A stretch of 64,000 nucleotides of DNA from positions 80,478,001-80,542,000 of the forward strand of contig NW_024704742.1 of NCBI RefSeq assembly GCF_018977255.1. The letters are read 5' to 3'. Positions 12,625 through 25,456 of this stretch are shown in pieces; within the stretch, counting starts at the first letter, position 1; each line of letters begins with the position of its first letter. Source of the stretch: Callorhinchus milii. Lineage: Eukaryota. A program made the translations under genes and the position numbers. Below the pieces are notes generated by a model. The model saw nothing but the letters and a program-made list of their open reading frames with translations. It was not told the origin of the DNA and ran no database searches.

Positions 12625-12900
12625 GCTGAGCCAAGTGGTTGTAGCTGGTTAAACTCCAAAAGTCCCCAATACACTCTGTGGGGCCCCCACGTTATGGCTC
12701 TTGCCAACCTGCACCTGATATTCTCTGGAATGAGATAAGCAGCATGAGTCTCTTCAGGGAGAGGATGCATATTCCAGACACAGCAAAATATTCATGTGGC
12801 ATACATGTGTAGAACTATTCAGTCTGGGTTGGATACTGGTTAGCATGCTGATTGGTTTCCATGATTTATGTCAGAAACCCAACTGACTTTTTAGAAAAAA
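12625..12900 (+). repeat. Repeat family X, copy 2
   Basis: GTGGCATACATGTGTAGAAC motif; terminal GTCAG-8nt-CTGAC stem-loop then an A/T run. Confidence 0.7.
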
Positions 12901-13419
12901 GCCTTTTTAGAGAAGAGGGAAGGGAATTGCAATCAAGTCAGTCAGTACTTTTTTTCGTCAGTTTTGATAACAAGAAGAATATAGTAACTACAGGGAAGCA
13001 ATTTGGGCTGGCTTCTGTCTCTGTCCGGGAGGAAGTCTTGTCCAAGCTTATTGCTAACGTGACCAGCATTTGCAATTAGCTGTGCTGGAGAGTGCTGGAA
13101 TGATGATTAGTGGCACAGTGAGTTCATTATGCTGACTCGCTGATCATGGATTCTGATTTTGATTCTTTATTAAGCAATCCCATTAAGAAATAATTAGAGC
13201 CCGGGAAACTCATAAATGATCAATGGACATATTTGTTCTTTTAAAATAAATATCTTGAGGAAATGCAGAGGTTGTTATTTGTCACTGTTTCCTGGTATGT
13301 TAACATGAGTTGAATGGCAGGGGATCACACACATGCAGGCTTGTCTCCTACCACTGCAAAACCAGTGTATAATCTGCTAAATATCAACAATATTTTTTTG
13401 GAAAGGTTTTGTCAAAATA

Positions 13420-14025
13420 ATAATACGCCTTACATTTGCTGTAGCACCTTTCATGTCAGGAGGACACCTTCACAGAATTTACAGTAAAATGGAATGACTG
13501 TATTTGGAGATGAATACAGCAGCCAATGTTGCACACAGCAATATCCCATCAATAGCCATGAACAACAACAACAAATTACACTTGTATAGTGCCCTTCACA
13601 TCGGAAAGACGTCCCAGGGCACTGGAAAACCAGGGGCTTTGGACCTGAGCTAAGTGTTGGGAGTTGAAGTGATCTATTTGGGGGATGGTTGGCCAGGACA
13701 CTGGGAAAAACTTGTTTCTTTTTTTCAGGTAGTGTCATGGGATCTTCAATGTCCAACCAACAACAAAAACAACAACAACTTGCACTTATATAGGGCCCTC
13801 CTCATAGGGTAGCATCTCAGAGTGCTTGAACTGCAGATGGGAACTTTTTGCCATTCAAAAGAAAGCACCTCTGATAGTGCAGTACCCCCTGCCACTCCCC
13901 CACCCAGCACTACACTGGAGTATCAGCCTAGAATTTGTGAATTCCGAATCCTGACATGGGATTTGAAACTCACATAAGCTTCCGTCTCAGAGGTGAGAGT
14001 GCTACCAACTGGGCAAGTGTGACAC
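13420..14025 (-). mobile_element. Old Deu-type SINE interrupted by two very short L2 tail insertions
   Basis: GCCAGGACACTGGG and ATGGGATCTT body motifs and head; L2 tails begin AACAACA at about 13561 and 13765. Confidence 0.75.
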
Positions 14026-14107
14026 CCAGAGATTATTCAAAAGTTGATTAAGTGACTGTGAGGAGTTGAAAAGGCATGACAGAGGTGTCAGTAACAGCAG
14101 TCAATGT

Positions 14108-14480
14108 GGAGTCCTTTATCTCAGTGGTCAGAGCACTTGCCTCGCAAGAGAGAGATCTGGGTTCAATTCCTGGCAGGGTGAAACATTGGGCAAGATTCCT
14201 TACTCCACTGCTTCTGTTTACCTAGCAGTAAATAGGAACCCGATCGTTAATCGATTGATGGATCGCATTTTCGGGGGTAATAATTCCTTCCAAAAAAAAT
14301 AATAAATTGTTGCCTTCAATCCTTGACTGTTTGTGGGACACTGCTGTGCACGATTGGCTGCTGCATTTCACCCACGAAATATACAATCAATTCACTTTAC
14401 AGTAGATTCTGTGAAGCGTTTTGGGATGACTCAAAGACGTGATAAGGGGCTATACCAAATTCAAGGATTTTTATTATTAT
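14108..14480 (+). mobile_element. tRNA-derived SINE, long form
   Basis: Head, internal CTGTTTACCTAGCAGTAAATAGGAACCC segment, body and tail. Confidence 0.9.
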
Positions 14481-14539
14481 CTACCATAACGTAGTCTCAA
14501 TAGAGTTCACACCAAAGTATTGGTAATTACGAAATACAC

Positions 14540-15445
14540 GTAGGAGGCATGTGCACCATGAATGGAATACAACTTGCCAAGGGGGAGCTAAAAGAGATGT
14601 ACAGTGGTCATCTATATGTCATGTTGGTGGAAGGAGAGTCCTTTGGATCCGAGAGCTAGTACATAGGAGAGCAAATACGTTGATCCCTACAATTGGAGGA
14701 TTGAACAATTAACAATAACTAGACAAGAAGAGTGGAATCTCAGTGGGGACCTTATAGAGGTACATTAGCTTCTAAATGAGAGTGGAAAAGTAAGGCTTGA
14801 ACAATATTTTCAGATTTGCCAAGGCAACTGTCTCAGAGGTGAGAGTGCTACCAACTGGGCAAGAGTGACACCCAGAGATTATTAAAAAGGTGATGAACTA
14901 ACTGTGAGGAATTGAAAAGTGGAGTCCTGTAGCTCAGTGGTTAGAACACTCGCCTCACAAGCGAGAGACCTGGGTTTGATCCCCGCAGGTCAAAACCTTG
15001 GGAAAGTTTTCTTACTCCACATGCCTGATAATAATCCCTTAAGAAAAAAATAATAAATTGGTCACTTCAATCCAACTGTCTGTGGGACACTAATGTGTGC
15101 ATTTGGCTGCTGCATTTCACCCACAAATATATGATCAATTCACTTTACAGTATATTATGTGGAGCACTTTGAGATGTCTAGAAAACTTGAAAAGCGCTAT
15201 ATCAAATGTAAAGGTTATTGTTATTGTACAAAATGATCACAAGTGCATGATTGCACAAGACAATTTCAAGATAGACCCCAGGAAATATTTGTTTACCCAG
15301 AGAGTAATTAACATCAGGAGTAGATTACCAAGAAGAAAGATTGCGGTCAAGACCACTTGATTTAATTGAAAAACATTTTGATGGTGTCATGAAAGGACAG
15401 TAGGGTGGGTATTCCAGAAGGATGAGCTCAATGAGCTGTTCGCCT
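14540..15445 (+). mobile_element. Old CR1 3' fragment interrupted by a 90-bp duplication plus a SINE (14830-15225)
   Basis: GGGGACCTTATAGAGGT before the insert; FKIDPRKYLFTQRVIN after it. Confidence 0.7.
14921..15225 (+). mobile_element. Short-form SINE (diverged)
   Basis: GGAGTCCTGTAGCTCAGTGGTTAG head, no internal segment, tail. Confidence 0.9.
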
Positions 15446-15446
15446 T

Positions 15447-15770
15447 TTACTTTGGTCAGCCAGGTGTCTGATACTTGCAGAAATTCATCACCATGGTTAA
15501 GAGTTTCCAGACCAGACTGAGAGTTCCACATATGTATGCCACCATATGTATGTTCCACATATGTATCATGGAAATGTTCCTGTGTCTGCAATGGAATGTG
15601 CGTTGTTTCCCTGGAGGGACACACATTGCTCACCTAAATCCAGAGAGTATTAGGCTAAGGTTGGCATTTTCTGCTGGCTTTCTTCATCCCGACCTCTTTT
15701 GTGAACAAAGCTAGAAGTACATTGCATGAGCATATTTACTAGCTCATACCATGGGCATAGTAGCATTGGC
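15447..15770 (-). repeat. Repeat family X, copy 3
   Basis: TTTGGTCAGCCAGGTGTCTGA...CCAGAGAGTATTAGGC aligns with the copy at 58291. Confidence 0.75.
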
Positions 15771-16275
15771 ATCTTTTCATCTTATTCAATTGGAGTGCTG
15801 CTCCTCTGCCCTTTCTCCACTTTGATTGACCTAGTTTGATTGTGTGATGCCAGTGGTTCAAACAAATCAGGGGCCGATCTGTACTTTCATCTTTGTGAAT
15901 TAATAAATGACAAAAGACAAGTTGTGATCTGTGGTATTATTTCATAAAATCACTTGTCATTTCATCTGATCTGCCCTCAGTACAAATTGGAAACTGCTGC
16001 CTCAGCTCTCGATGAAACAAAAACTTGCTGTTTGTGCAAAACGTTTGCAGATTTCTGGGACTTGATTAAGTCTGATATTCAGTTTGTGCACTTGCTTTCC
16101 TGTCCGCTTTTCTTTGTCGGCTTGTTTTTTCCTTTTAATAATAATAAGAATATTAACAATAATAATAATTCTTGCGTTTGGTATAGCGCCTTATCACATC
16201 AGTGAGATGTCACAAAAGCACTTCATGGAATATTTTTTAACATTGAAACCACAAAACACACAAATAGTACTGACA

Positions 16276-18640
16276 AAAACAACAACAAAATTACATTTAT
16301 AGAGTGCCTTTCACGTCGGGAGGACATCCCAAAGCGCTGTACAGTCAGATGTCAGGGACCGAGCATGGGGTAGGGGTGGTGTAGGGGTGAGGGAAGGCAG
16401 AGAGGTGGGAGGGAGACCAAAGGTACGGTCAAAGAGAACGGTCTTGAGACCGTTGAGACCGGTCTTGAAGGAGGCAAGGGAGGAAGTGAGACGTGGGATG
16501 GAGTTCCAGAGTGTGGGGGCAGAGAGGCTGAAAGCCTGTCCACCGATGGCAGGGCGGGTCGGGTGGGAGACATGGAGCAGGCAGGAGCCCGATGAACGGA
16601 GGAAGTGGGCAAGTTGGTAGGGAGTCAGCAGGTTAGAGAGGTATGAAGGGGCAAGGCCATGGATGGCCTTAAAGGTGAGGACGAGAATCTTGAACTCGAT
16701 CTTCTGGTGGATGGGGAGCCAATGGAGTCGGGTGAGGGTGGGAGTGATGGGGTTGTGGAGCCTGGTGCATGAGAGTACACGAGCTGGAGAGTTTTGGATG
16801 ATCTGCAGCTTGTGAAGGGAAGAGTTGGGAAGGCCGATGAGGAGGGAGTTCCCGTAATCAAGCCTTGAGGTGATGGATGCGTGGGTGAGGGTTTCGGCAG
16901 CCTGAGTGGCAGAATCTGGCAATATTGCAGAGATGGTGATAGGCAGTGCCGGTCATGGCACGGATGTGGGGGAGAAAGGACAGTTCAGGGTCATACAAGA
17001 TACCCAGGTTTCTGACTGGCTTAGTGAGGTTGAGTGTGCAGCCGTGGAGGCTAATGCTGCCAGAGCCTGAGGTACGGAGGCACTGGCGCGAGCCAATCAG
17101 GAGGGCCTCGGTCTTGCTGACGTCGAGTTGAAGACGTTGGCCCTCGTCCAGGACTTGATGTCGGACAGGCAGTCGGTCAGGACGCCAGTTGTCCTGGAGT
17201 TCAGAGCGATGGGTTGGGTGTCATCTGCATACATGTGGAAATTTACCCCATGTCTGCAGATGGCATCACCAAGGGGGAGCATGTAGAGGGTGAAGAGGAG
17301 GGGACCAAGGATAGAGCCCTGAGGATCACTGCACGAGACAGTGCGGGGGCTTGAGGAGAAGCCGTTTGCCATGACGAAGTGGTGGCAGTGTAAAAGGTAG
17401 GACCTGAACCAGTCAAGGACAGAACCTTGAAGGTTAGGTTGGGAGGAGAGGTGGTGGTGGAGGATTGAGTGGTCCACGGTATCAAAGGCGGTGGAGAAGT
17501 CGAGGAGGACGAGGAGGCAGAGGGAGCACTGGTCACATATGCTCAGGATGTCGTTTGTGACCTTGACCAGAGCAGTTTCTGTACTGTGGGCAGCACGGAA
17601 ACCCGATTGCAGGGGCTCATGGAGGGAGTGAGAGGAAAGAGTGAAGCTGCGAGGCAACAGCTCTCTCAAGGACGTTGGATAGGAAGATGAGATTTGAGAT
17701 GGGCCTGTAGCTGGATAGCTGTGACGGATCGAGGGAAGGTTTCTTCAGGGTGGGGGTGATACTGGCTGTTTTGAGTGGGGAAGGAACAGTACCGGATGAC
17801 AGGGAGAGGTTAATGATTTTGGTGAGTAGTGGGGCAAGGAGATAGAGCAGGGATTTAAGAAGAGGGGTGGGGATGTGGTCGAGGGAGCAGGTGGTGGACT
17901 TCATGGAGGTTACCGTGATGAAGACAGAGGAGGGGGTGACAGGTTCAAAGGTGTGGAAGGAGGGATGGGTAAATGTCGGACGGGTAATTATGCGGGGTAG
18001 GGATAGGGAGGAGTTGGAGGTTGGGAGGGCAGTGGCTGCTGTGCGGATTCCCTCGATTTTGTACTCGAGTAAGTCCAGCATTTTCTCGCAGTGAGAGGCA
18101 GAGGAAAGTATCTGCGAGGCGTGTTGGGAAGAGGAGCCTGTTAGTGGTGGACAACAGGAGGCTGGGATTGCCCTTCGCCTCCAGGATTAATCTGGAATAG
18201 AAGGATAATTTGGCTGAGGCGAGAGCAGAGCTGTAGTTCTTGATGAGTCCAACCAGGTTTAGCAGTGGACCATTAGGCCGGATTTGAGCCAAGTGCAGTC
18301 GGCAGACCGCACCTGGCCCTTGAGCAAGTGGTGATGGCTGGTGAACCAGGGTGAGGTTCGGGAGTAGGAGGCAGTTCGGGAGGTGAGGGGGGCAAGGATG
18401 TCAAGTGTGGTGGAGAGGGTCCTGTGGAGAAGAGTGAGTGCAGCGAATGGGTTGTTGCGAGAGGTGGGTAGAGGAGGAGGAGATCAGAGGACTCCAGGGC
18501 AGCGGAGAGAGATTGCGGGGAGATTTTCTTCCACGGGTGGTAGAAGATGGTGGTAGGTTTGGAGACAGTGGGGAGAGGGATATGGGAGTTGAGGGAGATT
18601 AAATGGTGGTCAGAGATGGTCTTGTCGGTGATGGTAACAA
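16276..18640 (-). mobile_element. L2 LINE, about 2.4 kb, frameshifted ORF2 (endonuclease C-terminus plus RT)
   Basis: SDHHLI, YRPISNL, QSGFRAAHSTETAL, LLDFSTAFDTVDH, PQGSILGP and YADD motifs spread over several frames; 3' tail present. Confidence 0.95.
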
Positions 18641-18689
18641 ACACAGACACACAATTGGTTCAAGAAGCGCAGATTTATAAGAATAGTAC

Positions 18690-19085
18690 AAATAATCCTT
18701 GCATTTAGTGTAGCTTATTTCACATCAGGAGAATGCTCGTCCCAGGATATAATGTAAAGTGACTGACTGTGCAAACACGGCAGCACATTTGCACACAGCA
18801 ACGATCCACAAACAGCCATGAAGTGAATGACCAATTTCATTTTGGGGATTCTTGGCCAGGACATCATAAGAAACTTTCCTCTTTTTTCCAATCGTGCCAG
18901 GGGATCTTTAATGTCCACCTGAACAGGCTGTCGAGACTTTGGTTTAACATCTCATCTGAAGCACGTCACCTCCAGCAAAGCAGCGCACTTACAGCATTGT
19001 GTTAGCCGAGACGATGCAAAATCAAAAACTTGATGTGGGACTTGAACTCACAACCTTTTATCTTAGATGTGAGAGCATCCACAGC
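18690..19085 (-). mobile_element. Old Deu-type tRNA SINE
   Basis: GGGATCTTTAATGTCCACCTGA, GGTTTAACATCTCATCTGAA and GGGACTTGAACTCACAACC motifs shared with other old copies. Confidence 0.8.
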
Positions 19086-21395
19086 CTTCTGGGGTAGAGA
19101 ATTCCATATATTCACTGAGTAAAGAAGTGTTTCCTCAACTCTGTTCGAAAAGGCTGACCCTTAATCTTAAGACTGAGACCCCTAGTTCCAGATTCTCCTT
19201 CCAGAGGAAATAGTCTCACACTGTCTACTCTGTCAAGCCCCATAAGAATCTTATATGTTTCCATAAGATCACCCCTATTTCTTCTATATTCTAGAGAATA
19301 TAGGCCTAGTTTACTCAACCTGTCCTCATAGGTCAACCCCCTCATCCCAGGAACTAACCTAGTGAATCTACGCTGCACCCCCTCTAAGGCAAATATGTCC
19401 TTTCTTAAATAAGGAGACCAAAACTGCACACAATACACTAGTTGCGGTCTCACCAAAGCCCTATAATAATAATAATCCTTGCATTTGATATAGCGCTTTT
19501 CACGTCGGGAGGACGTCCCAAAGCGCTTCACAGAACACACTGTAAAGTGAATTGACTGTATATTTGTGGGCGAACGCGGCAGCCAATTGCGCACAGCAAT
19601 GTCCCACAAGGTTGCAGCAAGACTTCCCTCTCTTGTATTCTAACTTTTTTACAATAAACGCCAACATGCCATTAGCCTTCCTAGTTGCTTGCTGTATCTG
19701 CATACTAACTTTTTGTGACTGGTGTACAAGGAAACCCAAATCCCTCTGAACACTAACACTATCTAGTCTCTCCCCTTTTAGAAAATAATCTGCTTTTCTG
19801 TTTTTACTACCTAGGTGAATAACTTCACACTTCCCCACATTATATTCCATCTGCCACCTTCTTGCCCACTCACCTAGCCTATCTATATCCTTTTGCAATC
19901 TTTTAGTGTCATCCTCAGAGCTTACTCTCCCACCTAGCTTAGTATCATGCGCAAATTTAGATATTTTAAGTTCTATTTCTTCGTCTAGATTATTGATATA
20001 GATTGTAAATAGTTGAAGCCCAAGTACTGATCCTTGAGTCACTAGTCACTAGTCACATCCCGCCAATCTGAGAAGAACCCGTTTATTTTTACTCTTTGTT
20101 TTCTTCCCGTTAGCCACTCTTCGATCCAGGTTAATATATTGTCTTTAATTCCATGGGCCCTAATCTTGTGTAGCAGCCTTTTACATAGCACCTTGTTGAA
20201 TGTGTTCTGAAAATCTAAATATACTTCAACTACTGGTTTCCCCCTATCTAACCTGCTAGTTACATCCTCAAAAAACTTGATCCAGAGAATCCAGAGAATT
20301 TTGGAAGATAAAAAACAAGCCATCCACTATCTCAGCAGTCACCTCTTTTAAACCCCAGGATGAAGGCCATCAGGTCCAGGGGATTTGTCATTTTTCAATA
20401 CCAATAGTTTCCCGAGTACTAATTCTTTACTGATGTTAATTTCCCTAGGTTGCTCACTAACATTAGCTTCTTGGTTCCCCTCTATTTTTGGTAAGTTTTC
20501 AGTGTCCTCTAATGTGAAGACAGAAGCAAAGTATTTGTTTAATGACTCTGCCATATCTTTATCCCCCATTATAATTCCTCCTGTCTCTGACTGTAAAATC
20601 CACATTCACTTTTGCCAGTCTTTTCCTCTTTATGTATTTGTAAAAACTCTTGCAGTCTGTCTTTATGTTCCTAGCTAGTTTGCCCTCATAATCCATTTTC
20701 TCCCTCTTAATCAGTTTCTTAGTCTTTCTTTGTTGGTCTCTGAAGCCATCCCAATCCTTGAGTTTACTGCTCTCTTTGGCAGCATTATAGGTCTCTTTTT
20801 TATTTTTATACTTTCCGTAACTGCTCTAGTTAGCCACGGTTGAATTATGTACTATATCTTTAAAGGTTTGCCATTGCTGGTCAACTGTAATATCTTTTAA
20901 TCTAATTCCCCAGTCTATTTTAGCTAAATCCTCTCTCATACCTGCAAAGTTGGCTCTATTTAAATTTAAGACCCTTGCTTCGGACTTAACTACATCACTC
21001 TCTAACTTAATGCTAAATTCCATCATGTTAAGGTCACTCTGCCCTAGAGGAGCCTTAACTTCCAGATTGCTGATTAGCCCTATTTCATTACATAAAACAA
21101 GATCTAGGATCGCCTGTTCCCTGGTCGATTCCTCAGCGTACTGATCTAGAAAACTATCTCTAATGAATTCTATAAACTCCTCCTCTAACTTACTTTTGCC
21201 AATTTGGTTTTCCCAATCTATACGAAGATTAAAATCACCCACTATTAGTGTATTTCCTTTGCTATATGCTTCTCTAATTTCCTGGTTAATACTCTGCGCA
21301 ATACTGTGACTGTTGTTCGGGATCTCGAAACTACTCCCACTAGTGTTTTCTGCCCCTTGTTATTTCGTAATTTCACACATACTGACTCTACATCC
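19075..21395 (-). mobile_element. CR1 LINE, about 2.3 kb, disrupted ORF2 with an internal deletion near 20280 and a SINE insert
   Basis: GDFN, ILDLVLCN, KSPGPDGLHP, YLDFQ, QGSVLG, FAHD (decayed FADD) and YCVQFWSP motifs. Confidence 0.95.
19463..19609 (-). mobile_element. 5'-truncated young SINE nested in CR1
   Basis: Near-consensus SINE 3' end; CR1 sequence continues on both sides. Confidence 0.92.
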
Positions 21396-23419
21396 TGAGC
21401 CACTCTCAACTGTTTTGATTACACACACAGTCCAAGCTACAGGCCTTTTCGCTCTCTAACTCTCCTGGGTCAGTCTCCTTTCTGGAGCCCCAGAGTGAGT
21501 CTTGGGGGCTCGGTCACCTCCTTAACTTGGCACAGGCGTCACCCATCCCTCAAAGCCCCATCGTAGCTGCTCACACTGCCTGCTCTTCAAGTCTGTTACA
21601 GTAGACTGGGGGGTAACATTTACAGTGTTTCATAACCCATTATTTGTATTAATTAGCATAAGGATTAGGTGTTCAAAAAACACCTGAATATTGATTCCTG
21701 AGCGTAGGTCCATAAGGCATACCCTTTGAAAACAACGTAGCACTCCAACCTTCTGCTCCTATGCCCCCTGATCAGCTACAAGCTTTCTAGTGGAAAAATA
21801 AATGACTCTGAGTCAGTCTCCTCATGTAGTACTGTGGGAAAGCCAACCAGCAAAAACTCTAAATAACAAGTATTATCTCAGGATTCCCCACCTGTTATGT
21901 GTGCACTGTCCTGGTCTACCTGCACTAGCACAGACAAGATAAATGGAGAATCCTTATATTTCATATAGCACCTTTCACATCAGGAGGAAGCTTTTAAGTG
22001 CATCATAGAATATATTGTAAAATGCATTGACTACATTATTTGGGGCAAATATGGCAGCTAATTGTGTTCACAGCAATGTCCCACAAACAGCCATGAAATG
22101 AATGAATAATTTTGCTTAGGGGATTGTTAGCATGGACACGTATTAATACGTATTGAACCTTCTGACTTTTCTATTTAGAGCTTTCACAAGACTAATTGGG
22201 ATGGAATAGTTTATGAACAAACATTAAAAAGTCTTCATCGAAAGTACTCTCACATTGGCTGAAACTCTGCCTTTATGTTTTAACAACACTGCATTTTTCA
22301 CAGCCGTAGTTCATAACACTCCATTAACTTTGGAGTGCAAACGACTATGAAATAGGCTTTACGAGCTTTCAGAATCTGAACAATTACAGGCCTTTCAAAA
22401 GCTTTGGAGTGAGAAACAGTTCACCAAGTTGTACTGCCATCAACTATACTAATCTATTTCATCTCCTGAGTGATCATTGCACAACAAGTTTCATGGGGTA
22501 AATGCAAATCTACATATGCACTTATCCAAGTAACCCTGAATCTCTCTCTTGACCAAATTATAAGCAATGTTTACATAAGGACATAGAAATGAATACAATA
22601 AGTGGCTCTTCAGGTAATCATAACCATTCCATCAACTGGGTGATATTGTATGGCCTGGTTTGACTTTTTAAGATAATTTCCTGTTTCCCAAGCTCACACC
22701 TATCTGATCATCTCTGGGTCAGAAGGTTGTGGATTCAAACCCTTCTTTGGGACTTGAGCTCAGTCTCAGCTGTCACTCCAATTTGGTAATGGGGGAGCAT
22801 TGCATTGTTGGATAAGATGTTAGATTTAATCACAACTGTTTGTGGGACACTGCTGTGCACAATTGGCTGCCTCGTTTTGCCCACAAATATACGGTCAATT
22901 CACTTTACAGTATATTCTGCGAAGCGCTTTGACATGTCTCGAAGGCATGATAAGGTGCTATATCAAATGCAAGAATTATTATTATTCATTTCAATGCTGT
23001 TCAAAATTGGCTGAACATTTGCCTGCAGATATATTCAACAGACCTTGCAAAAATTGCCCATGAAGCACTGAGACTTTTTGAAATATTTCAAGAATTATTA
23101 TTACCTCTGCTAATAGGAATACATATCCTGTCAGGGTTAGTTGCCCATCTTTCTTTCTGTTTCAAACTGCTGTAGGACAAATGAAACACTCACGATAAAT
23201 AAATTGTGAGCTCCTCCTGGGATCTGTCTATTTACATTTTATAAATTTTCAGCAGCAGTCACAAACTATTTGCACACTGATGAAACCCCTTGTCAATGAC
23301 ATATGACATTACATCTGTGTGGGAGATGGATGCAAAAGTCTTGTGAAATCTGTTCTCTGTGATAAATGGTCCATCTTTCAGACAACTGCAGTCTGATCCT
23401 GCACATATGTATGTAGCAC

Positions 23420-23640
23420 AGCACCTTTCCAAAGAGCGTCTCTGTCACCTCCTTTGTAGAATAGCCAACTAGCTGATCTGCGATATCTTCAGTGAATGCC
23501 CAATGGAAACAAAGCCGAGGGCAATGAACATCTTCAGTGACACGAGCACGGATAGCAGAGTGTCAATGTACAGCTTTGTGCAGCAGTTGACAAAGCTTCC
23601 AACACAGCCTACGCAATGAGTCTGAGCCTCCTCAGGAACT
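23420..23640 (-). mobile_element. Decayed PIF/Harbinger (HARBI1-like) transposase remnant
   Basis: Manual translation across frameshifts gives FLRRLRL..AV, LCQLLH, VSLKMFIALGFVSIG and KEVTETLF, in the order recalled for the Harbinger N-terminal region. Confidence 0.5.
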
Positions 23641-23894
23641 GCACAACTACAATGATCAGGAGGGTAACACAGTTGTTCACTTTCTAGCTAATCCCTAATG
23701 CTAACTACCTGAGATACCCACGGACCTCTGTATTCCTAGCCCACTCTGTCTTCCTCAACTGGCACATCAGCAACACTGATTACAATATCCATGATTTTCT
23801 TCACAAAGGTATTACTATTAGTCATAATCATTAAATTTGATATCACGCCTTACCGTGTTCTCGAGATGTCTCAAAGTACTTCACAGGATATGCA

Positions 23895-24800
23895 GGCATG
23901 ACAGTCAAGGAGAAAAGGAGTGTCACCTGTTCTGACATGCTGATGGCATGGAAATTATATTAGTAAAATGCTGAAAGAACAACAACAACTTGCATTTATA
24001 TACGTGGGGTTGCACCTCCCTCAATTCCCTCAATTTAGAAAGCACAGACCATTGAATCTTTTGTGAACTAAAGATGGACTACACAGGTACCTTGTTTTTT
24101 AGAGTAGGTATTGAGAGTAGCATTTTGATCTTCCTCCATCAGAAATTGTCAATTTGTGAATATTCTGACCTTGATCTGAAATGCCTGCTACCTGCCACCC
24201 TCACTGATTCTCTTTCGCCAAAGTTAATTCAGTAATTAACACAGTAACTAACAACAACAGATGGCATTTATATAGCTCCTTTCATGTCTGGAGGATGTCC
24301 CAAGGTGTCCAGCAATAAATAATCAAAAATATATATCATAAATATTTAAGAATATATATTAACATAAGAATATATGAAATGCTAGACGAAAAACGACCAA
24401 GGTCCATCTAGTTCGCCTTACACCTTCCTGGCGGTCGCATTCACATATGTACTCAACTACGTATGTACTATATCCCATAATGTTATTTCCTAAAGAAAAC
24501 GATCTCATTTGTGGTTGAAAGAATCAACACTTCCTGCTTCAACTGTCTCGCTAGGGATCCTGTTCCACAGGTTCACAATTCTCTTTCTGAAATAGTGAAA
24601 TAATATATTAAGCCATATATTTCACTTTGTGGTTTTCACACCAGCAGGACATCTCATAGCACTTTACAGGATTTTTCTTACTATAGAGTGTAATATTTCT
24701 GAAATTTATGTGAGCGAGTGCAGCAGCCAATATGCACATAGACATGTCCCACAAACACTCACTGAATGAATGATCAATTTTAGTTGGGGAAGTTATTAGA
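23895..24800 (+). repeat. Local duplication, copy A
   Basis: GGCATGACAGTCAAGGAGAAA...AATTCCCTCAATTTAGAAAGCACAGACC...AATATTCTGACCTTGA is co-linear with 26868 onward. Confidence 0.85.
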
Positions 24801-25129
24801 CAGGACACTGGGAGAAACTCTCTTTGTTTTTCTTATAGTGCCAAAGGATCTTTAACATCCACCTGAATGGACAGATGGGCCCTCATCTTAACAATCCAAA
24901 GTATGGGACTTCAATAATGCAGCACATCCTCAGCGCTGATTTGGAGTCAGTCCAAACTGTGAGATGAAAATCCTGATGTGGGAATTTGTTACGTCATCTC
25001 TCCTCGCAAAGCTCAGTTCATATTCCAATCAATTAATCTTCATTTTCCCCACTCAGCATTTTTTTGACTCCATATTCTGAGAGAATGTAATATTAGTATG
25101 AGTTTACCAACTCTTAACTTACTCAAAGT

Positions 25130-25456
25130 GGAGTCCTGTAGCTCAGTGGTTAGAGCACTCGCTTTGCAAGCGAGAGACCTGAGTTCAATTGCAGGCAGAG
25201 GGCGAACCTTGGGCAAGTTTCCTTACTCCACACGCCTAATAATAATCCCTCCAAAAAACAAAAACAATAATAAATTGGTCCTTTTCAATCTACGACTGTT
25301 TGTGGGACATTGCTGTGCGCAATTGGCTGCCGCGTTCGCCCACAAATATACAGTCAACTCACTTTACAGTATATTCTCTGAAGCGCTTTGGGACGTCCTC
25401 CCGACGTGAAAAGCGCTATATCAAATGCAAGGATTATTATTATTATTATTATTATT
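25130..25456 (+). mobile_element. Short-form young SINE, full length
   Basis: Near-identical to 2618 and 59031; long pure (ATT)n tail. Confidence 0.95.

Noticed and set aside
25098..25409. Recurrent ORFs such as SCSSVVRALALQ and HCCAQLAAAF
   Set aside because: Translations of SINE copies, not a gene family
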